64,000 nt of DNA. Source: an uncultured Lachnospiraceae bacterium (GTDB lineage: Bacteria; Bacillota; Clostridia; Lachnospirales; Lachnospiraceae). This document shows, one piece after another, positions 32,801-38,473 of the stretch. Each line of letters begins with the position of its first letter. Within the stretch, counting starts at the first letter, position 1. The DNA lies in the NCBI GenBank assembly GCA_905233955.1, contig CAJOFQ010000006.1:6706-70705 (forward strand), in the 5' to 3' direction. Both the position numbers and the translations under genes were made by a program. The notes under the pieces are model-generated. The model worked only from the letters and a program-made list of their open reading frames with translations. It did not search any database and was not told where the DNA came from.

Positions 32801-34105
32801 AGAGAAAACTACCTGATATCCTATGTGACTTCGAACAATAGGATTGAAATTAAAAAAGTCACTTCATATTTGAGAAGTCATTTGCCGGCATACATGGTTC
32901 CTGCATTTGTTATCCCCGTTGACTTTATTCCACTGAATTTCAGTGGTAAGGTTGATGTGGGAAGGCTTCCCGATCCTAAGCCCGATAAAAGAATTGAGTA
33001 CGAAAAGCCTCAAAATGATCTTGAAGAAAGAATTGCCGGATTATTTGAAAGGATCCTTGGCAGGACAAATGTAGGCAGAAATGATTCCTTTATCGACCTG
33101 GGAGGAACATCCCTTGACATGATGAGGCTTTTGTCAGGACTTAACGATCCGGGGATTCGTCTGGCTGATATAGCAAGTAACCCTACACCTGAAAGTTTAA
33201 GCGGCATTCTTCGAAACAGATATCAAAAGCAGGAAGGATGTCTTTTGCTCTGGGATGGCGATCCATATGTACCGCAGATATTCTGTGTCCCACCATCGGG
33301 AGGCATGTCATTATGTTATCTTGAGCTTTTCAGACAGATAGGATACAGGGGGCGGATCTATGGTCTTACTGACGAGAAATATAAGAGGTTCGGCAGTATG
33401 ACCATTGAAGAATTGGAAGGATATGATATACTTCGAGATGATCTGTGGGAAGCGAATCTTTTAAGCTATATGGAATCCATCCAAAGTGTCTTTAAAGCCG
33501 GTGATATCCTGATAGGCTATTCACAGGGAGGAGCGGCTGCCCATGAGCTGGCACTTAGGTTAGAAGGAATTGGCAAACCCTGTGGAAGGCTTATTATGCT
33601 GGAGGCAGTACCCTTTGGAACAGATGAATCCCGGGTGTTTGAGGCTGAAAGCGAAAATGACAGACTAAAAGCGGTAGAGAATATCTTTTTTGGCAGCGAG
33701 GTTTATAGAGATGACGAGGATGTAACAGAAATATCCTTGAAGGAAAGACTCTTGGAAATGCTGGAAGGGCATGGAAGCGCTTTGGATGAGGCCATGCTGC
33801 ACGCTTTGTTTGAAACATATCTGGTATACTCAATCAACACACTCCATCCGCTGACAATCAGCGGAAGAACCAGGGCACGGATCGACTCTGTTCTTTTGCC
33901 TGGTGATGGAGAAAAAGAGGCAGCCCAAATTATATTAAGTGACAAGGATCCTTGGATTGACTATACTTTAAAAAAGGGAGAATCCTGCAGACTGGGACAT
34001 GATGGCAATGAGCATCTGGTATTTCTGTCAAAATACAAAACACAGATAGCCGCACAGCTGAAAAAATGGCTGGAAACAGATAAGTGGAGCGAAAAAAATG
34101 CATAA
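23867..34105 (+). CDS. Trimodular non-ribosomal peptide synthetase, A-T-C(LCL)-A-T-E-C(DCL)-A-T-TE
   Basis: A3 cores are at ~24353 (LYTSGSTGEPKG), ~27533 and ~31963 (MIYTSGTTGEPKG). A8 motifs GRxDxQVKIRGFRIE and A10 Lys occur three times. Carrier Ser codons are at 25499 (LGGTS), 28700 (LGGDSIKAI) and 33110 (LGGTS). C1 has HHIISDG at ~26027. E-domain motifs are PVMKLF, HHLVIDEVSW (~29210), ESHGRG, RTVGWFTALYP, PNYGIGYG and FNYLG. C2 has LTPLQQGMLY and HHMITDG (~30560). TE has GYSQG (33514-). Start is ATG 23867, overlapping the upstream stop, or alternatively ATG 23885. Confidence 0.95.
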   Translation: MSESNRMKIKKTLYPDRIRSAIKSFGKNLALSFGDRRYSYNDLDSITGRLAAYLISQDIGCGDIVSVLISRNEYITIAPLGIIRSGAAYQPLDISHPTDRIRSMIENAGSQIVIVEKEYEHLLDDVNFGTDRKKLYIEDIPLLPEPEEGPWPYADPEDDFAILYTSGSTGEPKGIEITHRNIISLLDWYIDYYGVDENSRIGQHTSYVFDPAIAESMLPLAAGAAIFIIPEEIRTDLFLLDRFYNENKITHASLTTQLGRQFAMHMEGRTLKHLVVGGEALMSVAPPKNYTLHNGYGPAEGTLLITIFAVLKEYPNKVPLGSPLPEVKIYLLDEKGRQVSDGQPGELCFAGAHVTKGYLNRPDLTAKVYTVNPFSDDPEYSRLYHTGDLVKKDADGYYEYLGRIDRQVKIRGFRIEPAEIEAILKGCEGIDDAVVVPLDMGNEKMLAAYYLSNASVDEKLLSDLILSQKPSYMLPSFFIHMDSFPLTINGKIDYNALPGPMREATSQYEEPKSDTERVLAGLYRDILGIEHVGRQDNFLHLGGTSMSSAILLYNIFDAFSCRIGIRDIMEHPVLYDLADRIDEKLLSKETDNISFEQKLLPLQAEYDVSYSQNRMFTAQELLGYDDPTYLLRLKISIDGAFDKSRIQNTIKALILRHESLRTEFFISQDSLKQIIVKPTEAWLNDAVIRTEDRDLFPGFSMEEAPLFAWSASENEIEFQWHHIISDGVSSSLFAQEFIEAYNGNTLPPLRVHQKEYAEYEKQYMASPLYKKSLDSWRNYSSDHVDAEEIKLPQDNTFLPGMERIAGHFKSVLPKSLSEEINIFCHEKNITVYMFLLSVFSILLHRYTRMEKLILGTVMDGRNEPGTDKLQGMFVNTLPLFITVSDDYSISDFYSKISEIVLFSMENQSVPLEEIADAFSRMGGYQRTSRGSLLFDYLFVLQNFKNQVEDIDGCEVSLEYGDGGRAMYDLTLEMEEMEDGFHCDFEYCRGLFSEESIRVFAHHFDVLLLNCLSSSDKQTIGSLSVIDENEQKKLLYDFQGVPLDERALVYTVVDLLRDRARENPDSTAVVFCDEALSYRGLWDKSGLLANKLNQLFDQNTENHAVIFANRGISMITTIWAVLRAGGAYVPVSPEYPDERISYILDDCDAVCVIECDAKVPDAVRELLSQRNIPVISGNDLGDTVEFHDGLQHEVQIHENKLPGYQIHGSNASGIMLQKDSEAYMIYTSGTTGEPKGVVVSHGNLSALLFAYNDIYKLTPQDAVLQFADFVFDQSVWEIFHILTVGGTLCMITSDMARDPQKLSYYCNKNHVTVSMQTPGFLRLLDPDEFKGIRLVDVGGEAPDYKLLKAWSKGRTVLNTYGPTETTVNAASYIFSENGRQLTAEKDNVPIGKPIDGTRIYILDGDRLCGIGMPGELCIAGAQVTLGYYNRPQLTGEKFVKDPFFDGAMYRSGDLARYLPDGNIEFSGRIDDQIKLRGYRIELGEIESAIRRVPGIKDAVCTLQDTGDNKTLCGYYILNDTDTAVTEDELRQLLSEQLPSYMVPVHLMPLLEFPLTVSGKINKRALPKFDMVWQDGDEGAKTDIERDLADAFAAVLQLERVSVTADFIALGGDSIKAIRIVSLLREKGYHLSAGHLLKNSTIRSIAPLLKKTEGISYKEFDHVSPTPVMKLFFAADMPNSHWYNQSVMLLMKNYPGENALNNALSDLISAHGCLRMIRKDGGIVIRDISKMPSVKLAVFENCTKSKREDICTRLQSSMDPDNGIVMQAAIFKNDNEHRLFLAFHHLVIDEVSWGIILEDLDRLLNHEALYDRTISFGEWSKKLWSYSKSDDFLSEKAYWMRQYKELKKHDKDIQSWLSSYEDLNTQKTGFSSLSLSVSDDMAQKLSSIAALKYQSGMDAFLLAVLIHTIKLHDNISSISIQMESHGRGNIGDVHCDRTVGWFTALYPVLFDVADTFDEQIVVVKKALLDVPNYGIGYGLLYDDLFRQGGIVFNYLGNERKNTYDNFGFAGESSGLDMDAANGDPYTISIDIRQDEQGLFIDAWYDNAFDGVEIKGLLNFYKSKLEEISELVPDKNKIYAPNDLCADSGMSLSDWYKLTQRFLPESVMAIARLTPLQQGMLYRYIAEPEGRAYFLQDKLTISGVLQKEKLKAALKLLSLRYDALRTVFLYDNLDEPWQIILKERTPEFVDMSDLAFSDVLAIDGKRGFSLTKDPLMRLTVCKQKNGSAEILISMHHMITDGWSFPILTRKLMEYYRDLCSGADESIIAGQVKKEAADNCSFTDYLRYCAGLNRPKITKKWVEYLQGADEGAAPYVFDPDNSDTFIFAGRSFRISREMEDRIRAYTVQNHITTSSFFGALWGILLGFESGVENVVFAETLSGRNADIAGIESAVGIFIHTIPVCIRLRDSKTVLDLMKKRQEDYISMQPYENAALSEIGAATGFGSALIRSLYVYENYPVEDEADWYHINGIHEEVDYAITFCVEETDGISLNLLFDENKYHRDYIGLLMDRLIYLAHQVLTDEAVTVFSLDRITPEEQKLTLLNLAGENMDFPKKSFPEMFFDQAKDDPSRSALLMDGKTISYGKLLNASCGLAKEIGPGEERFIAVMADRGFELIASLIGTMLAGAAYVPLDPDYPVERIRYILNDCVPTCVLYYVKEEQPDVRNLFEEYDIPVISTPIDTFESKDHTFKPGQKLMCRLAYMIYTSGTTGEPKGVEIEHCSLSDMIYAHEVRFGSLYNDTVLFMSNFVFDASVQQIFTPLAQGGRVCIITKERMNSSKEIAQYCRDNNVTFIGATNALLRILSPADFDGIRVLSIGGDEADPGLFEKWSHYSKLIINDYGPTEATIHAISHAYTSGEKRPVPLGKPYPNKRIYIMQGDKLCGIGQQGEICIGGKGLARGYHGRPELTDRHFGPDPYSDGRIYRTGDLGLYRPDGQVLFKGRNDSQVKIRGFRIELQEIDSCLMSYDGIKDAVTICRQEKSRENYLISYVTSNNRIEIKKVTSYLRSHLPAYMVPAFVIPVDFIPLNFSGKVDVGRLPDPKPDKRIEYEKPQNDLEERIAGLFERILGRTNVGRNDSFIDLGGTSLDMMRLLSGLNDPGIRLADIASNPTPESLSGILRNRYQKQEGCLLLWDGDPYVPQIFCVPPSGGMSLCYLELFRQIGYRGRIYGLTDEKYKRFGSMTIEELEGYDILRDDLWEANLLSYMESIQSVFKAGDILIGYSQGGAAAHELALRLEGIGKPCGRLIMLEAVPFGTDESRVFEAESENDRLKAVENIFFGSEVYRDDEDVTEISLKERLLEMLEGHGSALDEAMLHALFETYLVYSINTLHPLTISGRTRARIDSVLLPGDGEKEAAQIILSDKDPWIDYTLKKGESCRLGHDGNEHLVFLSKYKTQIAAQLKKWLETDKWSEKNA

Positions 34106-35894
34106 CAATCACAAAAAAGTAAGTCTAATAACAAAATTCATTGTAATGTTTACTGTCTTTGGAGTAATATCCACGCTGGTAAGCGGGATATTTACCTTTA
34201 TGACACAGACCAGGATCTACCACAATGAATGCGAGAGTAATCTTAAAAATATCACAGATCAGTTGAATTCAATGATACAGGATGACGGCGAGGATTTCAT
34301 TGATGTTTTGGATTACTTCAAGGAGCACAGAGACGAGATGCATATTAAGCCGGAATCAGCCGGTGATTATCAGCCGGAGCTTTTGGCATTTCGTAAATTA
34401 TTCGCCCAAAAATATCCGAATAAGACTTACGGAGTGGATATTACTTTTTCCGAAATGGATGATGATCTGCAGAAGGTTTATGCAGAATATAAGGTGGATT
34501 ACTGGATGACAATGTTTTCTCAGGCGTCAGAATCCTTTAACCTTGCGTACACCTATTTCATCTATCCTGATCCTGAGCCGGACATCACTTATTTTATCGA
34601 TCCCCTTCCGGAAACAAAGGAGGTCAATGGTGAAGAGTACTATTCACTTGGATTTCACGGTTTTGAAGATCCCGAAAAATATAAAATGGTGTGGGAGGCA
34701 TGGCACACCGGCAAGAATCCCTCGGGCTTCGATGTCTTTGATAATGAGTTCGGATATACTTACGCTTATTATTCTCCGGTCTGGATTGACAGTGAAGAGA
34801 TAGGTCTTGTCTGTGCTGAAATATCCGTGGAAAGGGTTCACAGCACCATAATACACGATGTGCTGCTCTTAAGTACAGGGATGATCGTTGCTATCGTGAT
34901 CGGCATTTTTATTATGGTCATGTTGCTGCGCAAGATCTTTTTGTACAGGATTTTAAATCTCGAAAAAAATATTGCGCTTTACTCGAATTCCAAGGATGTA
35001 TCCCTGGCCGGAGCTATACAGCAGCAGGAACAGGGGGATGATGAGATCAGAAGCCTGTCCGACCAGTTTGCGTCCATGATTACTGAGTTAAAGAATTATA
35101 TGGACAATCTGCAGCAGGTTACTGCTGAAAAAGAGCGTATTGGAGCTGAGCTTTCCGTGGCTACCACTATCCAGGAGGGTATGTTGCCGCGTATTTTCCC
35201 ACCCTATCCTGACCGAAAGGAATTTGATCTTTACGCATCTATGGATCCTGCCAAGGAAGTGGGAGGAGATTTTTACGATTTCTTTATGGTGGATGAGGAT
35301 CATATTGCGCTGGTAATGGCTGATGTATCCGGCAAGGGTGTCCCTGCGGCGCTTTTCATGGTAATTGCCAAGACTCTTATTAAAAATGCCGCCCAGATGG
35401 GAAAAGACCCTTCTGAAACTTTGGAATACGCCAATGACCAGCTCGCCGACAATGAAGGACAGATGTTTGTTACTGTATGGATGGCAATAATCGAGATATC
35501 CACAGGCAAGGGAATAGCAGCCAACGCCGGACATGAGCATCCTGCCCTCAGGCATGAAAATGGCAAATACGAGCTTGTGGTTTACAGACATTCTCCGGCA
35601 GTGGCTACGATGGAGGGTATTCCCTTCCGTCAGCACGAGTTTGAGCTTCAGCCGGGAGATTCGCTGTTTGTATATACTGATGGTGTGCCGGAGGCGACTG
35701 ACGCCCATGACGAACTTTTTGGAACGGATCGTATGATAGAGGCCTTGAATCAGGATCCTGACGCCTCCCAGGATGTGGTGCTTGCCAATGTACGAAAGGC
35801 AGTGGACGCCTTTGTTAAGGATGCTCCGCAGTTTGACGATCTTACCATGCTGGGTTTCAAGTATTACGGGGTCGAAGGGAAACATGATTCATGA
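34098..35894 (+). CDS. Transmembrane receptor-type PP2C (SpoIIE/RsbU-like) Ser/Thr phosphatase with extracytoplasmic Cache-like domain and HAMP-like linker
   Basis: TM1 (aa ~12-35), a ~220-aa loop (..GYTYAYYSPVWIDSEEIGLVCAEISV..), TM2, an amphipathic linker, then PP2C motifs GGDFYDFF (~35262), ADVSGKGVPAALFM and DGVPEA. The ATG overlaps the NRPS stop by 8 nt. Confidence 0.85.
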   Translation: MHNNHKKVSLITKFIVMFTVFGVISTLVSGIFTFMTQTRIYHNECESNLKNITDQLNSMIQDDGEDFIDVLDYFKEHRDEMHIKPESAGDYQPELLAFRKLFAQKYPNKTYGVDITFSEMDDDLQKVYAEYKVDYWMTMFSQASESFNLAYTYFIYPDPEPDITYFIDPLPETKEVNGEEYYSLGFHGFEDPEKYKMVWEAWHTGKNPSGFDVFDNEFGYTYAYYSPVWIDSEEIGLVCAEISVERVHSTIIHDVLLLSTGMIVAIVIGIFIMVMLLRKIFLYRILNLEKNIALYSNSKDVSLAGAIQQQEQGDDEIRSLSDQFASMITELKNYMDNLQQVTAEKERIGAELSVATTIQEGMLPRIFPPYPDRKEFDLYASMDPAKEVGGDFYDFFMVDEDHIALVMADVSGKGVPAALFMVIAKTLIKNAAQMGKDPSETLEYANDQLADNEGQMFVTVWMAIIEISTGKGIAANAGHEHPALRHENGKYELVVYRHSPAVATMEGIPFRQHEFELQPGDSLFVYTDGVPEATDAHDELFGTDRMIEALNQDPDASQDVVLANVRKAVDAFVKDAPQFDDLTMLGFKYYGVEGKHDS

Positions 35895-37789
35895 CCAAGG
35901 TTATAGAAGAACAGCTTAGCCGGCTTCCTGATAAGCCCGGAGTATATCTTATGCACAATGCCAGGGATGAGATCATCTACGTTGGCAAGGCAAAAAGCCT
36001 AACCAAACGGGTGCATCAGTATTTTCAGCCTTCTCATGACGAGGGAGTAAAAAAACAGCAGATGGTCCGCCAGATCCACTATTTTGAATACATAGTGTGT
36101 GATTCTGAGCTGGAGGCTCTGGTCCTTGAGAATAATTTCATCAAGGAACATCGTCCCAAGTATAATACTATGCTCAGGGATGACAAGACCTATCCCTACA
36201 TCAAGGTAACAACCTACGAGGATTATCCAAGGGTTGTGCTGGCCAGAAGAACTGAAAAGGACGGCTCCAAATATTTCGGACCCTTTCCCAGCGGCGGGGC
36301 TGTACACGAGACGATTGAACTGGTTCAGAAATTATTCCATCTTAGAACCTGCAACAGGCAGTTTCCGCAGCAATTTGGCAAGGAACGCCCCTGTTTGAAT
36401 TTTCACATGCAGCAGTGTGACGGGGTGTGTCAGGGAACCATATCCAAGGAAGATTATGGCAAAAGAATTGATCAGGCGCTGGATTTTTTAAACGGTAATG
36501 ACAGCAGTATTCTGGCGGATCTTAACGAAAAAATGGAGCAGGCTTCTGCCAATATGGAATTTGAAAAGGCGGTTACATATCGTGATCTGATAAAAGCGGT
36601 CAAGGTGTGCATGAGCCGCCAAAAGGTTACGAGCTTTGACAATCTTGACAAGGACATTATTGCCCTGGCACAGGATGAAGAAGACGCCCTGATACAGATA
36701 TTTTTCATCAGAAGCGGCAAGATGATCGGCAGGGAGCATTTCTTTATGAATGTCTGCCTGGATGATGAAAAAGACAGCGTAATGGCCGCTTTTTTGCAGC
36801 AGTATTACAGCAAGACGCCGTTAATTCCAAAAGAGATATACATATCCCTTTCAGTGCCCGAGGAGGATATGCTAACCCAGTGGCTGTCGGAGCGCAGGGG
36901 AGCTAAGGTGTATCTTCATACTCCCAAGCGCGGAGCCAATAATCGTCTGGTAAAGATGGCTGAAAAAAATGCCCTTATGACCCTTTCCGCAGATAAAGAA
37001 CGGCTAAAGCGTGAGGAAGGCCGTACAATAGGCGCTATGAAGGAGATTGCTGCCATACTTAATCTTCCCGGGATTATGAGAATGGAGGCCTTTGATATTT
37101 CAAATACCAACGGCTATGAATCAGTGGGATCTATGGTAGTATTTGACAAAGGAAAACCTCTAAGAAGCGCTTACAGAAAATTCCGTATAAAATCGGTCAT
37201 AGGTCCCAATGACTATGCCTCCATGAAGGAGGTTCTTACAAGGCGTTTTACCCATGGACTTAAAGACAGGGATGAATCTGCCGGGGAAGGTTTTTCCCAT
37301 TTTCCCGACATTATCATGATGGACGGAGGAAAGGGACAGGTTCATATAGCCCTGGAGGTCCTGCATGAATTAGGACTTGACATACCGGTGGCCGGAATGG
37401 TCAAAGACGATCATCACCGTACCAGAGGACTTTATTATAACGATGTGGAGCTTCCCATTGACAAGCATTCCGAGGGCTTTAAGCTGATAACCCGTTTGCA
37501 GGACGAGGCTCACAGATTTGCCATTACATATCATAAATCCTTAAGAGGCAAGGCGCAGGTTCACAGTTTTTTAGATGACATTCCGGGCATTGGTCCGGCC
37601 AGGCGCAAAAGCCTTATGAGAAGCTTTGCATCCTCAGACGATCTGAAACAGGCGTCCATTGAGGAACTTGAAGCGGTTGATGCCATGAATCACAAGGCGG
37701 CTGTAAGCTTGTATGAATTTTTGCATCAGGAGCAGATATCTTCTGCCGCAGTTGGTCAGACCGGCGTGGAGGAGAAAAGTACGCTTTGA
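35891..37789 (+). CDS. uvrC: Excinuclease ABC subunit C
   Basis: GIY-YIG N-terminus (PGVYLMHN..IIYVGKAKSL), UVR motif, endonuclease V and (HhH)2 C-terminus. The ATG overlaps the upstream TGA (ATGA). Confidence 0.95.
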   Translation: MTKVIEEQLSRLPDKPGVYLMHNARDEIIYVGKAKSLTKRVHQYFQPSHDEGVKKQQMVRQIHYFEYIVCDSELEALVLENNFIKEHRPKYNTMLRDDKTYPYIKVTTYEDYPRVVLARRTEKDGSKYFGPFPSGGAVHETIELVQKLFHLRTCNRQFPQQFGKERPCLNFHMQQCDGVCQGTISKEDYGKRIDQALDFLNGNDSSILADLNEKMEQASANMEFEKAVTYRDLIKAVKVCMSRQKVTSFDNLDKDIIALAQDEEDALIQIFFIRSGKMIGREHFFMNVCLDDEKDSVMAAFLQQYYSKTPLIPKEIYISLSVPEEDMLTQWLSERRGAKVYLHTPKRGANNRLVKMAEKNALMTLSADKERLKREEGRTIGAMKEIAAILNLPGIMRMEAFDISNTNGYESVGSMVVFDKGKPLRSAYRKFRIKSVIGPNDYASMKEVLTRRFTHGLKDRDESAGEGFSHFPDIIMMDGGKGQVHIALEVLHELGLDIPVAGMVKDDHHRTRGLYYNDVELPIDKHSEGFKLITRLQDEAHRFAITYHKSLRGKAQVHSFLDDIPGIGPARRKSLMRSFASSDDLKQASIEELEAVDAMNHKAAVSLYEFLHQEQISSAAVGQTGVEEKSTL

Positions 37790-37813
37790 CCTTCATATAT
37801 ATGGTGACATAAA

Positions 37814-38467
37814 ATGTCAGATAAAAAGGAAATATACACTCCCGGAGAGGGAGAGTACACAGAAAAAAAATCGCGCTTTCTGGGAATTGTCTCTTCAGTG
37901 AAAAATGAAGAAGAGGCTGTCGCATTTATAGAGGCAAAGCGCAAGCAATACCACGATGCAAGACATAATTGCAGTGCATATATTTTAGAGGATGAAAATG
38001 GCAGGATATTAAGCCGTTACTCTGACGACGGAGAGCCACAGGGAACAGCAGGTATGCCGATCCTTGAGGTTTTGGAGGGAGCGCATCTTGTGAATACCAT
38101 TTGTGTTGTCACCAGGTATTTTGGCGGTGTGCTGCTGGGCACAGGCGGATTGGTTCGCTCCTATACCAATGCAGCTAAGGCGGCGATAGATAACGCTGCT
38201 TTATTGGAGAAGCACGAAGGACTTCCCCTTACAATTACTACGGATTACAACGGTTATGGCCGTATAGAATATATTCTCAGACAGGAGGACATCCCAATTG
38301 CGGATACCTCTTATGCAGTTGATGTAGACATATCATGTGTCATTCCTTTTGACAAAAAAGAATCCCTGGAAGCAAAATTATCAGAGGCTACAGGGGGAAG
38401 TGTCCTTTTGGATTACGGGGAAAAAAGAAGCTACGGCCTTTATGAAGGCAGGATTATCTGGCTTTGA
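37814..38467 (+). CDS. yigZ: YigZ / IMPACT-family protein
   Basis: KKSRFLGIV.., DARHNCSAYIL, DDGEPQGTAGMPIL motifs. 217 aa. Confidence 0.8.
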   Translation: MSDKKEIYTPGEGEYTEKKSRFLGIVSSVKNEEEAVAFIEAKRKQYHDARHNCSAYILEDENGRILSRYSDDGEPQGTAGMPILEVLEGAHLVNTICVVTRYFGGVLLGTGGLVRSYTNAAKAAIDNAALLEKHEGLPLTITTDYNGYGRIEYILRQEDIPIADTSYAVDVDISCVIPFDKKESLEAKLSEATGGSVLLDYGEKRSYGLYEGRIIWL

Positions 38468-38473
38468 AGTACT

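Noticed and set aside
35088-35885. 265-aa ORF on the minus strand
   Set aside because: It is entirely antisense to the PP2C phosphatase gene, which has clear domain motifs. The ORF has no SD, and its Leu/Ser/Arg-rich composition is typical of a shadow ORF.
20432-35894. Mobile-element boundaries for the NRPS block (integrase, transposase, tRNA target, flanking direct or inverted repeats)
   Set aside because: None was recognised by eye. The block is flanked directly by ftsH and uvrC with 24-nt and overlapping junctions, so I describe it only as an accessory insertion candidate, not as a mobile element.
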